Source: an uncultured Mageeibacillus sp.
GTDB lineage: Bacteria; Bacillota; Clostridia; Saccharofermentanales; DTU023
Assembly: GCA_964606165.1 (NCBI GenBank)
Contig: CAZSFQ010000006.1
Location: 3,035-67,034 of the forward strand
Length of the DNA stretch: 64,000 nucleotides
Direction: 5' to 3'
The position numbers and the translations under genes are program-made. The notes below the pieces were generated by a model. That model saw only the letters and a list, made by a program, of their open reading frames with translations, searched no databases and was not told the origin of the DNA. Shown here piece after piece: positions 17,785 to 25,832 of the stretch. Position 1 is the first letter of the stretch; each line of letters opens with the position of its first letter.

Positions 17785-19608
17785 ATGGACGGGATTACCG
17801 CGCATGCCATGGCACCTGAACTTGACGGGCTTCTGTCAGGATCCCTGGTCGAGCGTATTTCCATGAGCGACAAAAATACCCTTCATCTGGCCCTGTTTAC
17901 GGCCGGTCGGACCAAGTACAACCTGACACTGGATGCCATCGCCAGCCGGCCTTCCCTCATCCTTTCCACCGACCCCCCGCCGCAAGGCTTGAACCCGCCT
18001 CCCTCTTTTGTCATGCTTTTGCGCAAGCACCTGAGGCGGGCCAGGATTACGGCTATCACCACACCGCCCTGGGAGCGCGTTTTTATTCTGGCTTTCAGAT
18101 CCGTCGACGAGCTGGGTGACGGGGTAGAAGGAAGGCTCCTTTTCGAATGCATGCCCCGGACCGCCAATCTGGTGCTGGTCAACCGGGAGGATGTGATCCT
18201 GGGCGCCCTGCGCCATATCGACCACCGGGTCAACCGCGTCAGGGAAACCCTGCCCGCCCACCCCTATCTCCCCCCGCCCGGCCAGAACCGGCCCGGCCCT
18301 GACCAATACGCCAGGCAAGGCGTTGACAGGATCCTGGAGGAACTGGAGGCCCTGCCCTTGACCGGCCGGGCCTTGTCACAGCAGGTCGCCGGCTTTTCGC
18401 CGCTTCTCGGCGAAGAGGCGCTTGCCCGGGCCGGAACCCGGCCCTCTCCGCAACAAGCAGCGGACAGCTTACGCTCCCTTTGCCTGGAAATCGCCGGAGG
18501 GCATTTTTCGCCTGCTGTCTATTTTGACGGCCCCCAAGGCAATCCCATGGCCGTCCACGCGGTGAAGCTGACCCAGCTTCCCTGGTTTGCCCCCTACGAC
18601 TGTATCTACGAGGCAGTTGCCGCCTACAGCCAGGCGGCCGCCGCCATGGACCGCTTCAAGCGGAGACAGCATGCCATTGCAAGAAAAATTGAGGAGCAGA
18701 TCAAGCGCACGCAAAGAAAGAGAGAGCTCCACGAGGCTGATGTGACCACAGGCAAAGAGGCAGCTGACGACCGCCTTATGGGCGAGTTGGTCCTGGCCTG
18801 GATCCATACCATCCCCCCGGGATCCAAGGGAGTCCTCCTGGATAACTACCATGAGCAAGGCAGCCAACTCTATTGCCCCCTGAATCCCCGGCTGACAGCC
18901 GCTGAAAATGCCAAGTGCTATTTTGGAAGCGCGAGGCGCAAGGAGCGAAAACTCGAATCGGCGACAAAACTTCTGCGAAATGACCTCGATGAGCTTGCCT
19001 GGCTTGAATCCTTGCGGGCGGCGGCCGGTTACGCGGAAACGGAAGAGGACCTCTCGGCGCTTGAACATGAATACCTGACCCGCGAAGACCCCGGGAAACA
19101 ACCGGCCCGGCAGCCGCCGCAGGCGGACCGGATGCCCGGCAAGCCGGCATCAAAGAAAAGGCGAAAAGAGCCAGCCAGGCGCCCGCCAGGCAAAAAAGAA
19201 AAACAGGCCGGAGCCAAAGAGGAGCCATTGTTGGCGCCGCCGCGGCTTTTTCGTTCATCCGACGGCTTTTTGATCACCAGCGGCCGCAATAATTTGCAAA
19301 ACGACCGCCTTCTTCGAAAAGCCGGACGCGGCGACCTTTGGTTTCATGCCAAAAATTCTGCAGGATCACATGTCATTCTGTCAGCGGGCGGCCGCGAATT
19401 CACTCCTTCGGCCATCGAGGAGGCAGCCATCATCGCGGCCTGGTATTCGGGCTCGGGAAGAGCGGGCAGCGCCGTCGAAGTCGATTACTGCCCCGTCCGC
19501 CATGTCAAAAAAATTCCGGGCACCAGGCCCGGCAATGTCAGCTACCAGGAATACAAAACACTTTATGTCAGGCCGGCCGATCCCTCGCAATTGCGGGTCA
19601 GCTCCTGA
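17785..19608 (+). CDS. rqcH: ribosome quality control factor RqcH (NFACT/FbpA family)
   Basis: NFACT-N start (MDGITAHAMAPELDGLL...), a coiled-coil middle and an NFACT-R end (WFHAKNSAGSHVIL). It has a K/R/P-rich linker. GAGGGGG RBS. Confidence 0.9.
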   Translation: MDGITAHAMAPELDGLLSGSLVERISMSDKNTLHLALFTAGRTKYNLTLDAIASRPSLILSTDPPPQGLNPPPSFVMLLRKHLRRARITAITTPPWERVFILAFRSVDELGDGVEGRLLFECMPRTANLVLVNREDVILGALRHIDHRVNRVRETLPAHPYLPPPGQNRPGPDQYARQGVDRILEELEALPLTGRALSQQVAGFSPLLGEEALARAGTRPSPQQAADSLRSLCLEIAGGHFSPAVYFDGPQGNPMAVHAVKLTQLPWFAPYDCIYEAVAAYSQAAAAMDRFKRRQHAIARKIEEQIKRTQRKRELHEADVTTGKEAADDRLMGELVLAWIHTIPPGSKGVLLDNYHEQGSQLYCPLNPRLTAAENAKCYFGSARRKERKLESATKLLRNDLDELAWLESLRAAAGYAETEEDLSALEHEYLTREDPGKQPARQPPQADRMPGKPASKKRRKEPARRPPGKKEKQAGAKEEPLLAPPRLFRSSDGFLITSGRNNLQNDRLLRKAGRGDLWFHAKNSAGSHVILSAGGREFTPSAIEEAAIIAAWYSGSGRAGSAVEVDYCPVRHVKKIPGTRPGNVSYQEYKTLYVRPADPSQLRVSS

Positions 19609-20171
19609 TGATCTTTTTCGATCGATTCACGAAAAGACGATTCTTCAAGAGAGATGACGCAACCACAGTATTTTTGCCTGTAGAGGCCCAGGTCACGCGC
19701 CATGGCCTGTCCCCTCCGGTAGCCGTCCCGCCAGTCGTAAGGTAAGAAGGCGATCCCCCTGTCAGCGGCTGCCCGCCGGCCTTCCAGAAGCATCCGGCCG
19801 CGCTTCTGCCAAGGGCTGACCAGGAGGGTCGTGCTGATAGCGTCAAAGCCCTGCGACCCCGCCAGCTCCGCAACATGGGAGAATCTCACCCGGTAGCAGT
19901 AACTGCAACGGTCATCACCGTCATTGGCCCGGCTCCGCCATTCCTGCTCCAAAGATGACCCCTGGACCATCAGGGGGACCCGGTAATGATCCGCCACCCG
20001 GATCGCGTTGTCCAGACGGCGTTCCCACTCCGCCTGCGGATGGATGTTGGGGTTGTAAAACAGAAGCGACAGGTCTACGCCTTGCTCCAGGAGCCGTTCA
20101 AGCGGCCAAAGGGCACAGGGGCCGCAACAGATGTGAAGCAGGAGCTTTTTGAATTCAAGACATTCACTCAT
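19563..20171 (-). CDS. queH: epoxyqueuosine reductase QueH
   Basis: LLLHICCGPCALWP, YNPNIHP and RCSYCY motifs. The ATG at 20171 is preferred; a TTG at 20180 is also possible. Confidence 0.85.
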   Translation of the reverse strand: MSECLEFKKLLLHICCGPCALWPLERLLEQGVDLSLLFYNPNIHPQAEWERRLDNAIRVADHYRVPLMVQGSSLEQEWRSRANDGDDRCSYCYRVRFSHVAELAGSQGFDAISTTLLVSPWQKRGRMLLEGRRAAADRGIAFLPYDWRDGYRRGQAMARDLGLYRQKYCGCVISLEESSFRESIEKDHQELTRNCEGSAGLT

Positions 20172-20180
20172 GAATAACAA

Positions 20181-21296
20181 CTAATCCGTTTGGCCGGACT
20201 CCAGGATTTCCTGAAGCGAAACCTGACCGGCGTCACCAATATTCCTGGCATTGCGCTCGATGAAGGGCAGGCCCAGATGGTCGAAGCCGCCCCGGGTCAA
20301 AATCCTGCCGCGCGGTGTTTTCGCGATGAAACCGATTTGCATCAGGTAGGGCTCGTAAATATCCTCGATGGTCACCGCGTCTTCGCCGGTCGACGCGGCC
20401 AGCGTATCCAGGCCGACCGGACCGCCGTCATACATCTCAGCCATGACCCGCATGATGAGCCGGTCATTTCCATCCAGTCCGACGGGGTCAATCTCCAGCG
20501 CCGACAAGCCCATCTCGCAGATGGCGCGGTTGACCATATTGTCGCCCTTGACCTGGGCGTAATCACGCATGCGGCGCAGCAGCCTGATGGCGACACGCGG
20601 CGTTCCCCGGCATCGGGTCGACAGTTCGCGCAGGCCATCCTCATCGATTCCCACCCCCAGGAGGGCGGCGTAGCGGCTCAGTATCTGCGTAATCTCGGAA
20701 GGCGCGTAGAGGTCGAGGCGCTGGATCATGCCGAAGCGGTCGCGAAGCGGTGAAGTGAGAAGGCCCGCCCGGGTCGTCGCCCCGATCAGGGTAAAGCGGG
20801 GCAAATCCAGCCTGATCGACCGGGCAGACGGGCCCTTGCCGATCAGAATGTCGAGGGCGTAGTCCTCCATGGCCGGATAAAGGACTTCCTCCACCGTCCG
20901 GTTCAGGCGGTGTATTTCATCAATAAAAAGGACATCGTGTTCCTGCAGGTTGGTCAGGATGGCCGCGAGGTCACCCTGCCGCTCGATGGCAGGTCCCGAG
21001 GTGATGCGCATCTCGACGCCAAGCTCATGGGCGATGATGCCCGCCAGGGTCGTTTTCCCCAGCCCGGGGGGGCCGTAAAGAAGGATATGATCCAGGGACT
21101 CCCGGCGCGCTTTTGTGGCCTCAATGGCGATGCCCAGGTTAGCCTTGACCTTTTCCTGGCCGAAGTACTCGCCCCAGCGCCGTGGCCGCAACTGCGGTTC
21201 ATCGGTCTCATCGCTGAGCGCTTTTCGGGACAGGACGCGCTCTTCGTCGAACCGGTCCTCATATTCCTCTGACATGGTGCTTTGAAATTCAAACAT
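20181..21296 (-). CDS. ruvB: Holliday junction branch migration helicase RuvB
   Basis: Walker [12 protein letters not shown], plus DEIHRL and [16 protein letters not shown]. Confidence 0.95.
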   Translation of the reverse strand: MFEFQSTMSEEYEDRFDEERVLSRKALSDETDEPQLRPRRWGEYFGQEKVKANLGIAIEATKARRESLDHILLYGPPGLGKTTLAGIIAHELGVEMRITSGPAIERQGDLAAILTNLQEHDVLFIDEIHRLNRTVEEVLYPAMEDYALDILIGKGPSARSIRLDLPRFTLIGATTRAGLLTSPLRDRFGMIQRLDLYAPSEITQILSRYAALLGVGIDEDGLRELSTRCRGTPRVAIRLLRRMRDYAQVKGDNMVNRAICEMGLSALEIDPVGLDGNDRLIMRVMAEMYDGGPVGLDTLAASTGEDAVTIEDIYEPYLMQIGFIAKTPRGRILTRGGFDHLGLPFIERNARNIGDAGQVSLQEILESGQTD

Positions 21297-21341
21297 GGCC
21301 TTTACCCGCCTTCCCTTTCAGGATACCAAAGAAGAGAGGCG

Positions 21342-21956
21342 CTAAACCATGGCCATCTGTGACAGGGCGCGGCGCAGGAGGCTTTCGACCGTGTCGGCTT
21401 CCTCAAGTGTGGCCCGCCGCACGGCGTCCAGGGCCTCCGCGTTGCTGTAACCCAGGACCATCAGGGCGGCAACCGTTTCGCCGGCAATACCCGCGGCCGG
21501 TGAAGCGGGAGCTGAACCGTGAAGCGGTACGGTTTGCGGCACCTCAATCCCCGATTTTTTCAGCTTGTCGGTCAGTTCCAAAATCATGCGGGCCGCGCCT
21601 TTTTTGCCGATGCCCTTGACCCGGGTCAGGCGGTCGACATCGCTTTGCAGGATGGCCAGGGCGAAGGCTTCCGGTGTCAGGGTGCCCACCACCTGCAAGG
21701 CCAGTTTGGGGCCGACGCCGCTCACGGTCTGGACCAGGATGAACAGGTTTTTCTCTTCCTCATTGGAAAAACCAAACAAGCCCATCTCATTTTCGCGAAC
21801 GTGGAGGTGGGTGTGGATGGTCACGGTCTGTCCCGCCGGTGGAAGCGATGCGATCAGGCCAGGGGCCATCTCGATTTGAAAACCGATCCCGCCCTGTTCC
21901 AGTATGATGAATTCTTCCGCTTTTCTTGTAATCTGCCCTGTAATGCTGGCAATCAT
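21342..21956 (-). CDS. ruvA: Holliday junction DNA helicase RuvA
   Basis: MIASITGQI... OB-fold start, HhH motifs (VSGVGPKLA, VKGIGKKGA) and a C-terminal domain III. Confidence 0.95.
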   Translation of the reverse strand: MIASITGQITRKAEEFIILEQGGIGFQIEMAPGLIASLPPAGQTVTIHTHLHVRENEMGLFGFSNEEEKNLFILVQTVSGVGPKLALQVVGTLTPEAFALAILQSDVDRLTRVKGIGKKGAARMILELTDKLKKSGIEVPQTVPLHGSAPASPAAGIAGETVAALMVLGYSNAEALDAVRRATLEEADTVESLLRRALSQMAMV

Positions 21957-21970
21957 GGAGTACTCCTTTG

Positions 21971-22474
21971 TTACTGGTAGCCGCCGACCGCCAGGTTGCC
22001 GTCCCGGTTACCCGAATGCGCGTGGCAGATGGCCACCGCAAGGGCGTCGGCCGCGTCATCCGGCTGCGGCATCTTCTTTAAATTGAGAAGAACCCGGACC
22101 ATTTCCTGGATCTGTTTCTTCTCTGCCCTGCCGTAACCGGTCACCGCGACCTTGACCTGGATGGGCGTGTATTCGTATACGGGCAGGCCGGCACGGGCGG
22201 CCGCGACAACTGCCACACCGCGTGCCTGCGCCGTGCCGATGGCCGTCGTTGTATTGCGGCTGAAAAATAATTCCTCGATGGCGAAACAATGGGGCTGGTG
22301 GAGGCTGTTCAATTCGTTCAGGGCTTGATCGATGGCCAGCAGCCTCTCGGGAAAGGGCGTTGCGGCGTCAGTCTTAATGACACCGTAGTCGAGTGCCTTA
22401 AGCTGCTTATTCTGATAGAGAATGACTCCGAATCCCGTGATGGCGTAACCCGGGTCAAGGCCCAGAATGATCAC
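21971..22474 (-). CDS. ruvC: crossover junction endodeoxyribonuclease RuvC
   Basis: MIILGLDPGYAITGFGV..., EELFF and DAADALAVAICH. Confidence 0.95.
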   Translation of the reverse strand: MIILGLDPGYAITGFGVILYQNKQLKALDYGVIKTDAATPFPERLLAIDQALNELNSLHQPHCFAIEELFFSRNTTTAIGTAQARGVAVVAAARAGLPVYEYTPIQVKVAVTGYGRAEKKQIQEMVRVLLNLKKMPQPDDAADALAVAICHAHSGNRDGNLAVGGYQ

Positions 22475-22530
22475 CTCAACACCTCCGATGTCTTTTCCCG
22501 CAGGGTCCGGCCGGTCATGGCCGGCTTATA

Positions 22531-23532
22531 CTAGCTCTCCATAAAGGCGTGCAGGGCCTTGATATTCGCGACCCAGTCGATGTCGTACATTTCCATGCCC
22601 CGTATATACTTTTTGGCGTCGTAGGTTTCGATCGGCAGCATGAGCTGGTCAAAGGAATAGCTGCTGTATGTACCGACCCCCAGAATATAGTTCATCATCT
22701 CTCCGTCCGTCAGGTTGGTTTTGATCTCCGGCATCAAAGCCTCGACTGTTTCCGTCAATTTGGCCGGATTGCTGCCCTTCATTTTGGTGAAGAGAGCCAT
22801 GATCACTTTGCGCTGCCGCTCCATCCGCTTGAAGTCGGAGTCGAGTTTTCTGATCCTGGAATAATGAAGGGCGGCATTGCCGTTCAGAAGCTGTGGGCCT
22901 GCCTGGAATGAGCCCGCTCCGAGGCTGTTCAAATATTTCGCCTCCGCCGATGTCAGCTCAATGGTCACGCCGCCGACCTTGTCGATGGCCTTGGTGAATC
23001 CTGAAAAATCCGTGGCGATATAACGCGAAACATCAACCCGGAAGTTGCGCTGTACCGTTTTCATCAAGAGCCTGGGACCTCCCCAGGTATGAGCCGCGTT
23101 CAGCATGTAGTTGGAAGAATAATTCTTCTTATAGGCCGGGTCCGGATCATCCGGTATGCTGACGTAGATGGCGCGCATCAGCGAGGTCAGGTGGAAGGAC
23201 CTGGTCTTCTTGTTGATGGTCAGAAGCATCATGGCATCCGAACGGCCATGGGTATTGGGATTCCTGGTATCGGAACCGATGATCAGGATGTTTTCAATCT
23301 GCTTATCCTGCAATACGGGAATCTTCATCCCTTCCTTCATATTGGAGGGGGCGTCGACACCCGACAGATCAGTTTCAATCGCGATGGGATCTTTGATCCG
23401 GTCAAAATCGCGCAGACCGACGATAAAATAGAGATATCCGAAGGCGAAGGCAGCCGTCGCCAGGATCAAGCCTGTGAGCATGCCGGCGACGGATACCAGT
23501 AATTTTTTTCTTTTATGCTCTTCTTTTTCCAT
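22531..23532 (-). CDS. LCP (LytR-CpsA-Psr) family cell-wall glycopolymer transferase
   Basis: N-terminal TM anchor, then NILIIGSDTR...GRSDAMMLLTIN... Confidence 0.85.
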   Translation of the reverse strand: MEKEEHKRKKLLVSVAGMLTGLILATAAFAFGYLYFIVGLRDFDRIKDPIAIETDLSGVDAPSNMKEGMKIPVLQDKQIENILIIGSDTRNPNTHGRSDAMMLLTINKKTRSFHLTSLMRAIYVSIPDDPDPAYKKNYSSNYMLNAAHTWGGPRLLMKTVQRNFRVDVSRYIATDFSGFTKAIDKVGGVTIELTSAEAKYLNSLGAGSFQAGPQLLNGNAALHYSRIRKLDSDFKRMERQRKVIMALFTKMKGSNPAKLTETVEALMPEIKTNLTDGEMMNYILGVGTYSSYSFDQLMLPIETYDAKKYIRGMEMYDIDWVANIKALHAFMES

Positions 23533-23557
23533 AAATTGATTATATCGTACTAACCTG

Positions 23558-23583
23558 AAAAAACGGCAGGATCACTGCCGTTT
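23558..23583 (-). terminator. rho-independent terminator downstream of rpsT
   Basis: On the minus strand: AAACGGCAG tgatc CTGCCGTTT followed by a T-run. Confidence 0.75.
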
Positions 23584-23607
23584 CAAGGATGCTCCCTGTG
23601 ACGAGGC

Positions 23608-23868
23608 TTAAGCGTCGAGCGGCTGAACGCGCGCGATACGGGACTTTCTCCTGGCAGCTGTGTTCTTGGCAATCAGGCCGTCCGCGGCAGCGCGGTCAAT
23701 CTTGGCCTGGGCTGTACGGGCCAGCTCGTCGGCCTCCGGAAGGCCTTGCTCTTTCGCAGCGATCGCCTTCTTGACCAGGGTCCGCAGTTCACTTCTACGG
23801 CTCTTGTTAGCGGCGGCTTTCGCCTGGGACGACCGCACTCGTTTCATGGATGATTTAATATTGGGCAC
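23608..23868 (-). CDS. rpsT: 30S ribosomal protein S20
   Basis: (V)PNIKSSMKRVRSSQAKAAANKSRRSELRT... GTG start at 23868 preceded by AGGAGG. Confidence 0.9.
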   Translation of the reverse strand: MPNIKSSMKRVRSSQAKAAANKSRRSELRTLVKKAIAAKEQGLPEADELARTAQAKIDRAAADGLIAKNTAARRKSRIARVQPLDA

Positions 23869-23912
23869 GCTTGTTTCCTCCTGCGTCACTATCGGTTCAA
23901 TGAACAAGGCGT

Positions 23913-23942
23913 ATTCTAACACGGGCGGCGGCGCCGGCGCAA
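23913..23942 (-). promoter_or_regulatory. rpsT promoter candidate (extended -10)
   Basis: On the minus strand: TTGCGC, 18 nt, then TGTTAGAAT. It starts immediately after the stop codon of the upstream Panacea-domain gene. Confidence 0.45.
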
Positions 23943-23943
23943 G

Positions 23944-24972
23944 TTATGGCGCCGGGACAGCCAGCGAAAGGTCTTTTGCCCAGCAAAAGTCGATTGGTGT
24001 GTTCCCTTTGGCACGCTTGTAAGCCTTTTCCTGGTGAGCCCTGCTGACAAGATCCTTTGTTTTAATTGTTCCCACTTGGCTAAAGACCTGATCCAGGACT
24101 TCAACTTCCGATCGCGCCAGTTCTTTGACCTGGAAATCCGATTGAGTTTTGAACCGGAATCCCAGATTTTCACCGACTGGGGCTATTTCATAATGCACAC
24201 CTTCCAGCTTGACAATGCAATCGTATTTTTCCGGAGCCGGCCCCATGGGCAGCGCACTGTAAACCAGACCGCTGATCGCTCTTCCTTTGTACTTGTAATG
24301 AAGCATATCTGAGTACCAAAGCATTTTCATAAGCCTGACTGTGTACAGGTATTTCGTTTTCTTCGCAAGGTAGTTGATCATTTCAACCACTTTGCTCAAA
24401 TCCAGATCCACCCCGCCCCTGATGGCTTCATCTTGAAATCCCGCATAATGAGCTTCGATCGAGGTGGTCAAATACCAGTTCTCCTTTTTCGAGAAGGCCT
24501 TCATCGCGTTCTCAAGGTACTTCCCGTATGCCCTTTCCGTGATCTTGTGCCTGGATTTTTCCAGTACCTCCATAAACCACTTGGGATCCTCAGCAATTTT
24601 TCTCAAGATGGCGTCATGCGCGACATCTTGTACCTGGTGGTTTTCATAGCGGGTAATGGTTGCTTTCCCCCAGTCAAGCAGGTCGGAAAAATCTTTCTGG
24701 CTGATTCCATATTGCTTTCGAATCCTGATGATGTCGCCCGAGGTCAGCAAAGCTCTCTTCTCCCTGTAGGCATCTTTCATGGCCAGATCGTTGGCCTTGA
24801 TCAGGTCTTCTGTTTCAAGCAGATTGTCGGTATGGGGGCAATACTCGTAAGTTGGCGCAAACTCCACCTCTTCACCTTTAAAAGTTACAGTTTCGGGCAA
24901 ACGGACCCTTTGAACATCATGCTCTTCCATACAGTCGAAGCAAAACTTTCTTACTGTTTCCAGAATCTCCAT
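23944..24972 (-). CDS. fusion of an MqsA/YgiT-like zinc ribbon, an XRE-type HTH and a Panacea (DUF4065/SocA) domain; antitoxin-like
   Basis: N-terminus: CFDC...(28 aa)...YCPH, then LTSGDIIRIRKQYGISQKDFSDLLDWGKATITRYENHQ (HTH). C-terminus: LMKMLWYSDMLHYKYKGRAISGLVYSALPMGPAPEKYD...LVSRAHQEKAYKRA (Panacea-like). G+C is clearly lower than in the flanks. Confidence 0.75.
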   Translation of the reverse strand: MEILETVRKFCFDCMEEHDVQRVRLPETVTFKGEEVEFAPTYEYCPHTDNLLETEDLIKANDLAMKDAYREKRALLTSGDIIRIRKQYGISQKDFSDLLDWGKATITRYENHQVQDVAHDAILRKIAEDPKWFMEVLEKSRHKITERAYGKYLENAMKAFSKKENWYLTTSIEAHYAGFQDEAIRGGVDLDLSKVVEMINYLAKKTKYLYTVRLMKMLWYSDMLHYKYKGRAISGLVYSALPMGPAPEKYDCIVKLEGVHYEIAPVGENLGFRFKTQSDFQVKELARSEVEVLDQVFSQVGTIKTKDLVSRAHQEKAYKRAKGNTPIDFCWAKDLSLAVPAP

Positions 24973-25035
24973 TTTCCCGCCTTTCTCTCACGATCCGTAA
25001 GGAAAAGTACTTTTGCCAAAAGGATACTCAGCAAA

Positions 25036-25096
25036 ATCCTAGCACTTGTGATTGAAATAAGTCAAGATTTTCGGTATCAATTGATACCGAAAATCT
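25036..25096 (-). promoter_or_regulatory. promoter candidate plus 32-bp perfect palindrome (putative operator) upstream of the Panacea-domain gene
   Basis: The palindrome AGATTTTCGGTATCAATTGATACCGAAAATCT spans 25065-25096. On the minus strand it abuts TTGACT (25060-25065), followed by 18 nt and TAGGAT (25036-25041). Confidence 0.5.
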
Positions 25097-25171
25097 GTTG
25101 CGCGCCAGAACCTATCGCGTATTGGTGTAGGTGAATCAAGTTGAGGACAGCCGGGAACAGGCCATCGATTC

Positions 25172-25729
25172 CTACCGATTCCGGTAGTCCTCCGCCAAAA
25201 TCGCGTAGTAACAGGCGTCCGCAAACACATCCGGCTTGTAGATGGCCTGGCGGTGCAGTCCTTCATATTCCATACCGCACTTTTTCATGACATCTCCTGA
25301 GTGGACGTTGGCCGGCTCATGGCAGGACTCAATCCGGTTGGCGCCGACCTCATCAAAGAAGAAACGGATCAGTCCGGCCAGGGCTTCCGACACGTAGCCC
25401 TGATGCCACCAGGGTTTGCCGATACAGTAACCGATGTTAACCATGCGGATGTTCTCACGGCCTTCAACCGAGCCGATGCTGCCGATCAGGGTATTGCCCT
25501 CTTTGAGCTCAATCGCCCAGTTGTAGTAGTTTTTGAAATCGTAGCTGTTCACCCAGGTCCGAAGAATCTCCCTGGTCACTCCAAGATCCGCGTGCGGCTC
25601 CCAGGACAGGTATTTTGTCACTTCGGGATCATTGGCCCAGTTACTGAACATGGCCGGGGCGTCATCGAGAGTGAAACGGCGAAGAACCAGCCTGTCGGTT
25701 TCAAGCCTTACGGTGCCTTTATGTACCAT
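25172..25729 (-). CDS. GNAT family N-acetyltransferase (RimJ/RimL-like)
   Basis: LETDRLVLRRFTLDDAPAMFSNWANDPEVTKYL, and WWHQGYVSEALAGLIRFFFDEVGANRIE. Confidence 0.85.
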   Translation of the reverse strand: MVHKGTVRLETDRLVLRRFTLDDAPAMFSNWANDPEVTKYLSWEPHADLGVTREILRTWVNSYDFKNYYNWAIELKEGNTLIGSIGSVEGRENIRMVNIGYCIGKPWWHQGYVSEALAGLIRFFFDEVGANRIESCHEPANVHSGDVMKKCGMEYEGLHRQAIYKPDVFADACYYAILAEDYRNR

Positions 25730-25832
25730 ATTCCCTTCTCCCTCACCTTTTAATATCTCATGTTATCATTGATTGTTAGCGCATTCGCGGTGACTGACAG
25801 CTTTCAGTCACCCTTTATTATAGGAGCAGAAA

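Noticed and set aside
19563-19608. 46-nt overlap of the convergent 3' ends of rqcH and queH.
   Set aside because: This is probably just compact genome organisation. No hairpin or other signal was seen in the overlap.
25065-25096. The 32-bp palindrome as a rho-independent terminator for the GNAT gene.
   Set aside because: On either strand the stem is followed by AAAATCT rather than a U-run, and the central loop would be only about 4 nt within an AT-rich stem. An operator role fits better.
25172-25729. The GNAT acetyltransferase as the toxin partner of the downstream Panacea-domain gene.
   Set aside because: It resembles RimJ/RimL-type housekeeping GNATs rather than TacT/AtaT-type toxins. It has host-like GC. 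It is separated from the Panacea gene by 199 nt that contain a separate promoter candidate. The possibility is kept only as a minor alternative hypothesis.
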